From Dehalococcoidia bacterium (GTDB taxonomy: Bacteria; Chloroflexota; Dehalococcoidia; Bin125), in contig CAXXNO010000012.1 in NCBI GenBank assembly GCA_963663235.2, positions 407,333-471,332 on the forward strand: DNA of 64,000 nt, in the 5' to 3' direction. The notes beneath the pieces were generated by a model. It had not been told where the DNA came from and searched no databases. It saw only the letters and a program-made list of their open reading frames with translations. This document shows, in pieces, positions 51,258 to 60,556 of this stretch (the stretch's first letter is position 1; each line of letters begins with the position of its first letter). The position numbers and the translations under genes are program-made.

Positions 51258-51704
51258 ATGCCGCTGAGTCGCACCGAAGCCGCCTATGCACAGCTGTTTC
51301 GCACTCATACGGCGCTCGATCGTGCGCACGAGCGCTGGCTGACAAGCGCGGGCAGCAATGGCGCGCGCTACGCGATTCTCGCCGCGCTGGCCCTGAGCGG
51401 TAAGGCCGTGACCCCATCAACGATCTCCGCAATCACGGGCCGGAGCCCCAACGCGATCTCGCCGTTGCTCAATGGGCTGCAGCAAGACGGGCTGATCCGG
51501 CGGACGGCGAACCCAAGCGATCGACGATCCCACTATGTGCAACTCACCGCCGCGGGGCGCCGCGTGGCTCAACGGCTGCGCAAGGAAGAGGCGGCTTTCG
51601 TCCGGTCCGCGTTTGGCGGCCGGGCGGCGCGCGAACTCGACACCCTTACCAATGTACTCAGCGTGCTGGAGGAGCAGGCGGCGTCCATCCAGCGCGATCG
51701 CTAA
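51258..51704 (+). CDS. MarR-family transcriptional regulator
   Basis: LQQDGLIRRTANPSDRRSHYVQLTAAG. Confidence 0.88.
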   Translation: MPLSRTEAAYAQLFRTHTALDRAHERWLTSAGSNGARYAILAALALSGKAVTPSTISAITGRSPNAISPLLNGLQQDGLIRRTANPSDRRSHYVQLTAAGRRVAQRLRKEEAAFVRSAFGGRAARELDTLTNVLSVLEEQAASIQRDR

Positions 51705-51718
51705 GCGGACGCACCGAA

Positions 51719-52897
51719 TCACCCCTCCAAGGGTGAGCCAATGCGGTAGACCACCCCACGCACCTGATCGGCGACGAACACCGTCGCCATCGGGCCGCTC
51801 GCGACATCCGAGGCCTCGGCGAAGCCCGACGCGAAATCGCGCAGGATGAGACTGCCGTCGGGCAGCAGCCGAGCGAACCGGACGTGCGCGCCCTCCGCCG
51901 GGCCATCGCCGTGGGCGAAGGCGATGTAGAAACCTCCGCTGAGCTTGGGAGGGACGAGATCCGATTCGAACCAAGCGATGCCACGGGCACCAGCATCCCG
52001 GCCGAGGTCCAGTGCGGACGCGCCGGAGACGGATGCACGCTGGGGCCCAGGTTCCTGCGCGCAATCCGGCCGACCATCCGCCGTGCCGAACGCGACGCGG
52101 GTGAGTCGCTCAGAGGTGACACAGGGGGAATCGAAGCCACGATCGGTGGCCCAGAGCGCGCCGTCCGGCGAGAAGGCCAGACCGTGCGGATCGTGCAGGC
52201 CCGACGCATAGCTCTCCAGTTGCGGACTGTCAGGGTGCAGCGTCAGGATCGAGACAGAGAGCGGGTTGTTCTCGGCACACGGCCCGTCGCACGGCGAGAC
52301 GATGGTTATGTAGACTCGACCGTCCGGTCCGAGCGCGATCCTGTTGCTCGCGTGTTGACCGACGAACAAGTCGCGAACGAGCGGCGCAACGGTATCCGCG
52401 CGACCGTCGCCGTCGCGATCCCGAGCGACGCTGACGTGGCCGCGCCCGCCGAGATACACCAACCGGTCCGAGGCCACCGCGATGCTGTGTAACCCCGCGT
52501 CCACCTCAGCGAAGAGGATGCCCTCCTCTGCCCGGCCATCCCCATCAGCATCGAGGAAGGTCCAGACACGCCCGCCTGTTTCGGCGACGAAGAGACGGCC
52601 ATCCGGGCTGAAGGCGAGCGCGATGGGCTCCTCCAGCGCGTCCGCCCATTGGACCGCCGCGAAGCCGGGCGGCAACTCGAACTCCGCCGCCACTTGGGGG
52701 ACGGCTGCGGACGGGGTCGTTCGGAGCGGGTCGGTGGCGGGGATATCGATCGAGGCGGCGGGTAGGGCAGGGCGAGGCGCGTCGTCACTGTCCTGCGATG
52801 AAACGAAGGAGCAGGCGCCCAGAAGCACCGGGATCGCAACCGTGGCGGCCGCGAGAGCCAGCGATCGGCGCAGGAAGTCAAGGCTCTGAGCCAGCAT
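51719..52897 (-). CDS. PQQ-dependent glucose/sorbosone dehydrogenase-like beta-propeller lipoprotein
   Basis: Lipobox LLGAC; LPPGF, LAFSPDGRL, DxDGDGRA repeats, ASGLHDPHGLAFSPDG. Confidence 0.78.
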   Translation of the reverse strand: MLAQSLDFLRRSLALAAATVAIPVLLGACSFVSSQDSDDAPRPALPAASIDIPATDPLRTTPSAAVPQVAAEFELPPGFAAVQWADALEEPIALAFSPDGRLFVAETGGRVWTFLDADGDGRAEEGILFAEVDAGLHSIAVASDRLVYLGGRGHVSVARDRDGDGRADTVAPLVRDLFVGQHASNRIALGPDGRVYITIVSPCDGPCAENNPLSVSILTLHPDSPQLESYASGLHDPHGLAFSPDGALWATDRGFDSPCVTSERLTRVAFGTADGRPDCAQEPGPQRASVSGASALDLGRDAGARGIAWFESDLVPPKLSGGFYIAFAHGDGPAEGAHVRFARLLPDGSLILRDFASGFAEASDVASGPMATVFVADQVRGVVYRIGSPLEG

Positions 52898-53158
52898 GAC
52901 CCATTTATCCCCGCGCCGCAATGGTCCCGACGCGCCAGCATCGGCGGGCGGCGGGGGCGTCCGTAGCCTTCCTGCGTCCGGATGGTGAAGGAACCGTAGG
53001 GGGGCGCAGGCGTTTTCTAGTGGGACGCGGCGGACGCCGCCGCGGCAGGTGTGGTCTTGCCCGCTCCGCGAGAGTCGGTAGGCTGGAAGATGGTCGGTGA
53101 CATGACGTCAGTCCGAGCGGCGCGCGGCATGCTGGTGGGGTAATGGGACTGGGTGCGA

Positions 53159-54283
53159 ATGCCTAACTGGCGCGACGCGTGGCGCCGATGGGGCGCTGAA
53201 CGGCTCTGGATCTTCGCCACGGCGGGCGGCGCCGTGGCAATTTTCTTCGTGACGTTCGCCGTTGTCAGCACGCTGCAAGGGGACAGCGACTCCGCTGCCG
53301 CCCCCAGCGTGGCCGCGCCGCCCAGGCTCACCGCCTCGGAGACGGTGAGCGCCGCCCCAACTGAGCGTGACGATTCGCGGACCCGCCCCACTGAGCCGTT
53401 GGCCGAGACGCGCGAGACCGAGGTGCAAGAGCGGCCCCGTGTGCCGCTCCCCGCGTTCGACGAATCACTGTTGATCGTCGGCAATGACGGGCACCACGGC
53501 GCAATCCTCGGCGGCCCGGGGATCGTCAGCAGCAGCACGGCGGACAGGCGCACCCCCTGGCAGTTGCTGATTCCGTCGGCGCGGATCAAGGCCGCGATTG
53601 TCGCGGTCGGGCTCACGGCGACGGGCGCGTTCGGCGCGCCGGACAACCCGTATGTGATCGGATGGTGGGAGGACGGACCGAAGCCGGGCGAGCGCGGCAA
53701 CGTGCTCCTGGACGGCCACCGCGATTTCACGGACATCGACGATTTCCGGGGAACCGGGGTTTGCTGGTACCTGCCGGACACGGGGCCCGGCGACTACATG
53801 ATCATCCGCGACAACGAGGCAAGGGTGCATCACCTGTACACGGTGACAGAGACCGCATCGATCGAGTGGAATGCGCCGGATGGAGTGGAGTATCTAGCGC
53901 CGACGCCGATCGCGACTCTCACCCTGGTCACCTGTGAAGGCTCTTTTGATCTCGACGCGCACAACTACTCGAACCGCCGCATCATCGTGGCGGAGTTGAC
54001 GGAGTCCATCCCGTTCGTCGAGTCCGGCTTTGAAGGTGACGACGGCGTCTATGCCGGATTCGGCGGGTCGGCGCTGCTCGCGCCCGAGGAGAGCGATGCG
54101 GATGGCGAGGGCGAAGGCGAGGGCGAGGGCAACGAAAACGGAGAGCCAACCGACGCCGACGAGTCCGGCGACGCTGTCGGCTCCGGTGAATCCGGCGACA
54201 CGGCGGAGCCCGACCAGCCGAGCGACGCCGACCAGCCGACCGATCCGGATGACCCGGGCGACGCCAACGGCCCCGTTGAATAG
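53159..54283 (+). CDS. Class F sortase with long acidic C-terminal tail
   Basis: N-terminal TM; GWW..GPKPGERGNVLLDGHRD, LTLVTC, NRR (His-Cys-Arg). Confidence 0.85.
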   Translation: MPNWRDAWRRWGAERLWIFATAGGAVAIFFVTFAVVSTLQGDSDSAAAPSVAAPPRLTASETVSAAPTERDDSRTRPTEPLAETRETEVQERPRVPLPAFDESLLIVGNDGHHGAILGGPGIVSSSTADRRTPWQLLIPSARIKAAIVAVGLTATGAFGAPDNPYVIGWWEDGPKPGERGNVLLDGHRDFTDIDDFRGTGVCWYLPDTGPGDYMIIRDNEARVHHLYTVTETASIEWNAPDGVEYLAPTPIATLTLVTCEGSFDLDAHNYSNRRIIVAELTESIPFVESGFEGDDGVYAGFGGSALLAPEESDADGEGEGEGEGNENGEPTDADESGDAVGSGESGDTAEPDQPSDADQPTDPDDPGDANGPVE

Positions 54284-55151
54284 TCAGGCACGGCGAGATC
54301 CCGGGTCGCGGCAGGGACAGCGCCGTCCGACCACCGGCATTTTTCTCCATCTAGGCGCCGCCTGTGCGGCGGTCGCGGTCTTCCTTGCGTCGTACGTCGT
54401 GGTCGGCGACATCACCGGCGGAGATGGGGGCGGAGGCAGCCGCGCGACCGTCGGCGGGCTCAGCAGCGCGCTCGTGGAGCGGGGTGAGAGCGCCGCCGTC
54501 CGGCCGGGGGAGGCCATCGACCTGCCGCTGTTCGATCCGGCGGAACTGACGCTGGGTGGGAGCGGCGAGGCAGGCGCGATCTTGGCCGGGCCGGGCGTCG
54601 TGCCGAGCGTGGACCACCGGACCGCGTACGTCATCCAGATCCCGACGGCGCGCATGCAGGCCGCGATCGTCGGGCTCGGTCTGGCGCCGGACGGCGCCCT
54701 GGGAGCGCCGGACAACCCCGACGTGGTGGGGTGGTGGGCGGACGGCGTGAAGCCCGGCCAGTTGGGCAACGTGCTGCTGGACGGGCATGTCGATTACACG
54801 GACGTGGCGGAGCAGGTGGGACTGGGAGTCGCCTGGGCGCTCCGCGAGGTGCAGGTCGGCGACCCGATCCTGATCCGCGATCACGAGCGCGAACAGACGT
54901 ACCTCTACCGTGTCACGGAGACGGTCCTGGTGGGCGCGACGAGCGCCGACGGATTACGCTACCTGAAGCCGACGGTGGGGCCCATGCTCACCTTCGTCAC
55001 CTGCGAAGGCTTGTTTGACCGGGCCGCGTTCGCGTACGCGGAGCGCCGCGTGGTGCGGGCGGTCCTGGAAACCACCGTCCCGTTCGCCGAGGCGGCGCCG
55101 ACCAGCCTCAGCGCCGCTCCGAGCGCGCGCCCAGGCACGGCTGGCGTCTGA
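54276..55151 (+). CDS. Class F sortase (paralog 2)
   Basis: GWW..GVKPGQLGNVLLDGHVD, LTFVTC, ERR; probable TTG start overlapping the upstream stop. Confidence 0.85.
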   Translation: MNSQARRDPGSRQGQRRPTTGIFLHLGAACAAVAVFLASYVVVGDITGGDGGGGSRATVGGLSSALVERGESAAVRPGEAIDLPLFDPAELTLGGSGEAGAILAGPGVVPSVDHRTAYVIQIPTARMQAAIVGLGLAPDGALGAPDNPDVVGWWADGVKPGQLGNVLLDGHVDYTDVAEQVGLGVAWALREVQVGDPILIRDHEREQTYLYRVTETVLVGATSADGLRYLKPTVGPMLTFVTCEGLFDRAAFAYAERRVVRAVLETTVPFAEAAPTSLSAAPSARPGTAGV

Positions 55152-55226
55152 AGCCGCCAGCGGGGATATTCCGCGCGTCCCACGGCTTCCGCCACACCGG
55201 CGGCCAAGCAGAGAGGGAGGATCGGA

Positions 55227-57167
55227 ATGGCGCAGCGAAGGCGCTCCAATTGGTGGTTCGTTCTGGTGGCGGGACTCCTAACTCTCGTCGCGGCCGCGCT
55301 GGTGACACTGAGCCTCAGCAGCAGCGGCAGCGGGCAAGAGCAGACCGTGACGCGGGCCCCGACGCAGCACCGCCCTCTTCCGCCGCAAACGGTGGGCTAC
55401 GGCAGCACCGGTCTGGATGCCGCGCAACTGAGCGAGCTATCCCGACTGGAAGTCCCGACGCTGGACGAAGACATGTGGGAGCCGGCCGCGATCTTCAACG
55501 ACGGGGCTGAATCGACCACCTTCGAGATCGCGTTCGAGGGCGGCATCTTCGACTCCGCCTATATCTCGACGGAAGGGGTCCTGGATCCTGACACCGGCCT
55601 CGACCCCATTCTGGATCAGGTCGCGGCCGACGTGGGCAGCCCGTTGATCCAGATCTTTGACGACGGCAGCAACGGCGACCGGGTGGCCGGAGACGGCATC
55701 TACAGCCGAGGGGGCATCACCGCATCCGGCACGCCGCAGCACGCCGCGGGCACACACCAGCGAGTCCAGATCTTCGTGGCCTTCCTGGAGCAAGTCGGGG
55801 GCGGATCCCAGTGGGGCTGGATCGGCCGCATGCCGTGGGGCAGCGGAGTCGTGGACACGAGCCAGCGGAGGTCGGCGCCGACGACGCAGCTCAGCGCGGC
55901 CCAGGCCGGCCCCACCATCAGCGCGATATCGCACGCGATTTTCGTGGAAGACGACGGCACGTTCCTCCCGACCCACCCGACGGTGGACAGCGACGCCGTG
56001 ACGTTGACGTGCCGCGCGTGCGAGGTTCTCATCGACCGCTTCGGCGACGTGTTCGACTTCGTCCAGATCTCGTTCGTCGGCTTCATTCAGGACACACCAG
56101 CCTGCGAGTGCCAAGCGTTCCACCGTCAGGAGCGTAACGACGTGAGCGGCATTGGCCTCGATATCTTCGACAACAACCTTGGACCCAGTGTCTTCGACGA
56201 CGGCAGGCCGTTCAACACGTTCTCGGACGGGTTCCTGCGGGGCGTCATCTTCAACAAGCAGCTCGATGCCTCCCCGCTGGCGCACGAGATCATGCACCAG
56301 TGGGTGTTATGGCTTCCGGAACAGCTGGGCTTGGCAGACGGCACCTTCCACTACAGCGAGTTCAACGACGTCAACGGCATCATGGACATCGAGATCTTAG
56401 ATGCGAACAACGAGCCGGCGGATTTCGTGTCGAACGGCGACGGGAGTTTCCGGGTAGTGGCGCGGGCGGGCGAGTACAACCCGACGTTCGCGCCGATGTC
56501 GCTGTACCTGGCGGGGCTGCTCTCGCCGGCCGAGGTCGCGGCGACGAACCTCCTGGTGGGCTCCGTGGACCTCAGCAACCCGGAGCAGGTGATTCCCAGC
56601 GGCGGCATCCAGGTAGTGACCATCGACGACGTCACCGCGATCGAGGGGCCGCGGACGCCCTCCGTCGCTTCCTCCCCGAAGAGCTTCACGGTCGGCACGA
56701 TCGTGTTCAGCGCGGGGCCGATCACGGAGGCCGAGCGCACCTTCGTGACGCTGGCGTTGCGGCACTTTGAGGGAAACAGCGCGTACGACGGGTTCGGCTC
56801 GCCGACCTTCAATGCGGCGACCGGGGGGCGTGGCAGCGTCCAGACCGCGCTTCCCGGCCTGGTCATCGAAGAGCCGCCGGAGGAGGAGCCCGTCGAAGAG
56901 GAACCCGTGAAGGAGGAGCCTGTTGAGGAGGAGCCGGACGGCGGGGAGATCCTCGCGCTGAACGCGGGCGGGCAGTTCCTGTTCTGGCAGTTCGGGCCGG
57001 CCAACGCGGCGGACGTGTTCGGCGGGCTGAAGATCGCCTGGCTGTTCAATCCGGCCACGAGTTCCTGGATCGCGTTCAACCCGATCCTCGGTAGCGTGAA
57101 CTTCCCGCTGGTGAACGGAGCCGTGTTGTGGCTGGTGGCGAACAGCGCCATCGATATTGAGGTCTGA
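55227..57167 (+). CDS. Secreted zinc metallopeptidase-like protein
   Basis: N-terminal signal/TM; FDDGSNGDRVAGDGIYS motif; HEIMH (HExxH); EEEP linker; short aromatic C-terminal domain; SD GGAGG. Confidence 0.75.
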   Translation: MAQRRRSNWWFVLVAGLLTLVAAALVTLSLSSSGSGQEQTVTRAPTQHRPLPPQTVGYGSTGLDAAQLSELSRLEVPTLDEDMWEPAAIFNDGAESTTFEIAFEGGIFDSAYISTEGVLDPDTGLDPILDQVAADVGSPLIQIFDDGSNGDRVAGDGIYSRGGITASGTPQHAAGTHQRVQIFVAFLEQVGGGSQWGWIGRMPWGSGVVDTSQRRSAPTTQLSAAQAGPTISAISHAIFVEDDGTFLPTHPTVDSDAVTLTCRACEVLIDRFGDVFDFVQISFVGFIQDTPACECQAFHRQERNDVSGIGLDIFDNNLGPSVFDDGRPFNTFSDGFLRGVIFNKQLDASPLAHEIMHQWVLWLPEQLGLADGTFHYSEFNDVNGIMDIEILDANNEPADFVSNGDGSFRVVARAGEYNPTFAPMSLYLAGLLSPAEVAATNLLVGSVDLSNPEQVIPSGGIQVVTIDDVTAIEGPRTPSVASSPKSFTVGTIVFSAGPITEAERTFVTLALRHFEGNSAYDGFGSPTFNAATGGRGSVQTALPGLVIEEPPEEEPVEEEPVKEEPVEEEPDGGEILALNAGGQFLFWQFGPANAADVFGGLKIAWLFNPATSSWIAFNPILGSVNFPLVNGAVLWLVANSAIDIEV

Positions 57168-57225
57168 CCCAAGCGCTACGCGGCATCGCGTCCACCGTGA
57201 TCGAGATTCCAATGGAGGGCGGCGG

Positions 57226-58358
57226 CTACTCCGCGAACACCGCCGTCGCGACGTCCGGCAGGCTGGCCCAGGTTAAACGACCGTCATCGACGTAGGGCGC
57301 CACCGCGGCGAAGAGATCGCGCGCGAACCCCTCCGCCGGAACCGAGCCGACGCTCCAGGCGTAGACGAGCGCCCCCACGCGGGCCGGATCATGCAAGGCC
57401 AGATATTCCTCGATATCCACGCGCACTTGGGCGATGTCGTCGGCGTCGCCGACGCAGCCAGCGCCGCCAGAGCGTCCTTCCCCGATGCAATCCACCGCCC
57501 CGCCAGACTGCCCCACGATGAGCAGCAGGCCGTCCTCCGCGTCGCCGCGGATGAAGTCGGCGCTGGACGCCGCGTAGAAGGGATGAACGCGAAGGGCATC
57601 GGGCAGCGGGAGCGGCCCGTGACACTCGGCCGGGGAGGGGCAGCCGGAGATGTCCACCCCCTCCGGCACGTACTGCTCGTCGAGCGAGGTCAAGCAGTAC
57701 TCGACCGCGCCGGCCACGGAGCGGAACCCGGCGGCCAGCGCCGCTTCCACCCAGGGCCCGCGGGAGCAGATGCCGGAGACATGGGTGGTCTCCAGTCCCA
57801 AGTCCGCCAGCCCGGTGCGCATCCGGACCAAGTCGGACCGCAGTCTCTGTAAGGACGGCGATCCTCGACCGCCGACGTCCGCGTGAATGGCGACGCCTTG
57901 GCCCATTCCCAGCAGCGTCGCCACGATATCAACGTCGTAGAGGTTGCTCGCCTCGATGAACGTGCGATCGAGCTCAAATGTCAGCACGGCACCCGCCGCC
58001 ACAGCGTCCGCCGCCAGATCCAGCACGATGTCGCGGTGCCGCTCGTAGAGCGGGCGTTGCTCCACTTCTTGGGTGTAGCCCTCCACGTGGATCGAGATGC
58101 CGAAAAGAGCGGGCGCGGGTCGGCCTGCTGCACGTCTACCTCGTCTGGACTGCCCTGGGTGGCGCTCGGGCGTGACTGCGCATCACCGGAGTCGGCCTGC
58201 TGCACGTCTACCTCGTCTAGACTGCCCTGGGTGGCGCTGGCGCTCGGGCGTGACTGCGGATCACCGGAGGTGGTGGGCGCGTCCGCTCCCCCGTCGTCGC
58301 TACAAGCGTCGACCACGAGAACTCCGGCGACAGCGAGCAGCAACGGCGTCAAGCGCAC
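57226..58358 (-). CDS. Putative lipoprotein, possibly deacetylase-like barrel, split by a one-base deletion at about 58105
   Basis: GTG 58358 with SD GGAGG; LLLAVAGVLVVDAC; adding one T to a T4 run joins it to FGISIHVEG and ORF 57226-58086. Confidence 0.65.
58119..58268. repeat. Tandem in-frame duplication (72 and 78 bp units)
   Basis: Two near-identical copies encoding SGD(P/A)QSRPSA(SA)TQGS(L/P)DEVDVQQAD. Confidence 0.9.
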
Positions 58359-58399
58359 GGGCGCCCCTCCGGAACGTGTGCGGGCCAGCGATGTGGCGG

Positions 58400-58645
58400 C
58401 TAGCCTTCGACGATGTCGCCGGGCAGGGGATCGACGCGTACGCCGCGCTCCTCCGCCCAGCGGAGGCTGCGCTCGATCTCGTCCGCTTCGCCGTCGATCT
58501 CCAGGATGACCCAGCCGAAGTCGTGCTCTACGTCCGCCATGCGGATGTTGGTGACGATACGGAACTCGTGGCCCATGTTGTAAATGAGTGGCTCCTTCAC
58601 GGCATCCCCCGCAAACGTGAGCCGGACGCGCTTTGACGCGATCAT
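58400..58645 (-). CDS. NIL domain protein
   Basis: KRVRLTF...EPLIY...VTNIRMADV...GWVILEIDG...GDIVEG. Confidence 0.85.
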   Translation of the reverse strand: MIASKRVRLTFAGDAVKEPLIYNMGHEFRIVTNIRMADVEHDFGWVILEIDGEADEIERSLRWAEERGVRVDPLPGDIVEG

Positions 58646-58669
58646 CGGAGTCCCCCGCGCTCGACTGTC

Positions 58670-59905
58670 CTAGGTCGCTCCGGTTGCGGCGAAGGCGGCC
58701 TCGAAGGCGTCGAGGTTGGCCTCCACTCGAATGGGCGTGGGCACGTGACCGGAGATTGCTTCCACGGTCTTGAGGCCGCCGCCCGTGATGAAGGCGACCG
58801 TGGAGCGGTCTGGGTCGAGCAGGCCCTGCGCCAAGGCGTTGCGCAGCCCCGCGACGGTGACGCCCCCAGCGGTCTCGGCGAAGACCCCCTCGCACTCCGC
58901 GAGCAGCTTGATCGCCTCGATGATATCGCCGTCCGTGGCGGACACGGCGCCGCCGCCGGTCTCGTCCATGGTCTTGAGCGCGTAGTAGCCATCGGCCGGA
59001 TTGCCGATGGCGAGACTCTTGGCGATGGTGTTGGGCTTGACCGGGCGGATGGTGGTGGTGCCGTCGGCCCAAGCCGTCGTGATGGGCGAGCAACCGGCGG
59101 CCTGCGCGCCGATCATCTTCAGCGGCGCGTCATCCACCAAGCCAAGATCGACGAACTCCCTGATCCCTTTGTGGATCTTGACGAAGAGCGCCCCGCTCGC
59201 CATCGGCACCACGCATTGCTCCGGGACCCGCCAGCCCAACTGCTCCACCACCTCATAGCCCAAAGTGCGGCTGCCCTCTGTGTAGTAGGGCCGCACGTTG
59301 ATGTTAACGAAGGCCCAACGGCGATTGTCCGCCAGCTCCGAACAGAGGCGGTTGACATCGTCATAGGAGCCGTTGACGGCCACAATCGTCGGACCGTAGA
59401 CGGCGGAACCGACCACTTTGCCCATCTCAAGATCCTGGGGGATGAACACGACCGCGCGCATCCCCACGCGAGCCGCGTGCGCGGCCACGGCGTTGGCAAG
59501 ATTGCCGGTGGAGGCGCAGGCGAGGGTATGGAAGTTGAATTGCCGCGCGCGGCTGATGGCGACGGCGACGACCCGGTCCTTGAACGACCAAGTGGGGTTG
59601 ACGGTGTCGTTCTTGATCCACAGTTCGCGCATACCGAGGCTCCGGGCCAGGTTGTCGGCGCGCAAGAGCGGCGAGAAACCGACGCCGAGGTCCACGAGGA
59701 ACTCCGGATCGACGGGCAAGAGATCGATGTAGCGCCAGATGGACTTGGGGCCGCGCTCGATGGACTGGCGGGTGACGCGGCCGCGCATGGCGTCGTAGTC
59801 GTAGGTGACCTCTAAGGGGCCGAAGCAGAAATCGCAGGCGTTGCGAGGCTCCAGGGGGACCTCGTTGCCGCACTCGCGACAGTGCAAAGCGGTAGCGTAG
59901 GTCAT
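58670..59905 (-). CDS. thrC: Threonine synthase (PLP, N-terminal Zn ribbon)
   Basis: CREC...CDFCFGPL, NPTWSFKDR, ASTGNLA, KSLAIGNP, ETAGG, TGGGLK. Confidence 0.88.
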   Translation of the reverse strand: MTYATALHCRECGNEVPLEPRNACDFCFGPLEVTYDYDAMRGRVTRQSIERGPKSIWRYIDLLPVDPEFLVDLGVGFSPLLRADNLARSLGMRELWIKNDTVNPTWSFKDRVVAVAISRARQFNFHTLACASTGNLANAVAAHAARVGMRAVVFIPQDLEMGKVVGSAVYGPTIVAVNGSYDDVNRLCSELADNRRWAFVNINVRPYYTEGSRTLGYEVVEQLGWRVPEQCVVPMASGALFVKIHKGIREFVDLGLVDDAPLKMIGAQAAGCSPITTAWADGTTTIRPVKPNTIAKSLAIGNPADGYYALKTMDETGGGAVSATDGDIIEAIKLLAECEGVFAETAGGVTVAGLRNALAQGLLDPDRSTVAFITGGGLKTVEAISGHVPTPIRVEANLDAFEAAFAATGAT

Positions 59906-60119
59906 CAACGGAACTTTCTGTGGAGGCGACCGGCGGCTGCCGGATCAGGGAACGGCCGGAAAACGGCTACGGGCCCTTCCGCGGAAGGGCCCCAGGCATC
60001 GCCATGAGGACGATCGCGCAGCGCGATTGCATAACGTCCCCGAGCGTGCCACGCAGCCGCCAGTCCTGTCAATCTTCGAAAAGGGAGGCAGGGCAAGAGC
60101 GGAGAGAGCGTGTGGAATC

Positions 60120-60416
60120 CTAGATCGTAATGCGCTCCTGGGCCAGGCCGTCCATGGCGAGCACCGTGCCGACACCCATGCACTGGAGTCCGAACTCCAG
60201 GGCGGCCTGGAGAAGGGGGTCCGGGATGGCGGACCGTGGATCCGCCGCCAGAGCGGACTCGAGGAACATCTGGCTGAGGAGCACCTCCCAGATCTCCGCC
60301 TCCGTGGCGGCCTCTAGGCGCAGCTTCTCGATCTGCGTCGCATACTTATCCGCCAGCTCGTTGTGGCGATCCACTCGCTGCTGCACCGCGCGCAACGTGA
60401 TCTCGCGCTCTTCCAC
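60120..60416 (-). CDS. Small hypothetical protein
   Basis: GTG 60416; 98 aa helical sequence VEEREITL...ERITI, the C-terminal part of a longer spurious ORF. Confidence 0.55.
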   Translation of the reverse strand: MEEREITLRAVQQRVDRHNELADKYATQIEKLRLEAATEAEIWEVLLSQMFLESALAADPRSAIPDPLLQAALEFGLQCMGVGTVLAMDGLAQERITI

Positions 60417-60556
60417 TTTGGCACCCCCAGATCCGTGACGGCCCGCGCCCGGAGCACGATGGCGGGTCGCGTCTAATGAATCGACGCGAGGGCGCGCCTT
60501 CGCATGGGGGTTTCCCCGAGCGCGGAGGCGGAACGCACGCCAAATTGGGCGGCATA

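Noticed and set aside
58119-58268. CRISPR array
   Set aside because: Only two adjacent in-frame units without spacers and no cas genes; no array seen anywhere in the window
59909-60075. SAM-I or T-box riboswitch ahead of thrC
   Set aside because: No ATCxAGAG / GGCAACC / GGTGC blocks and no GGTGGxACCGCG
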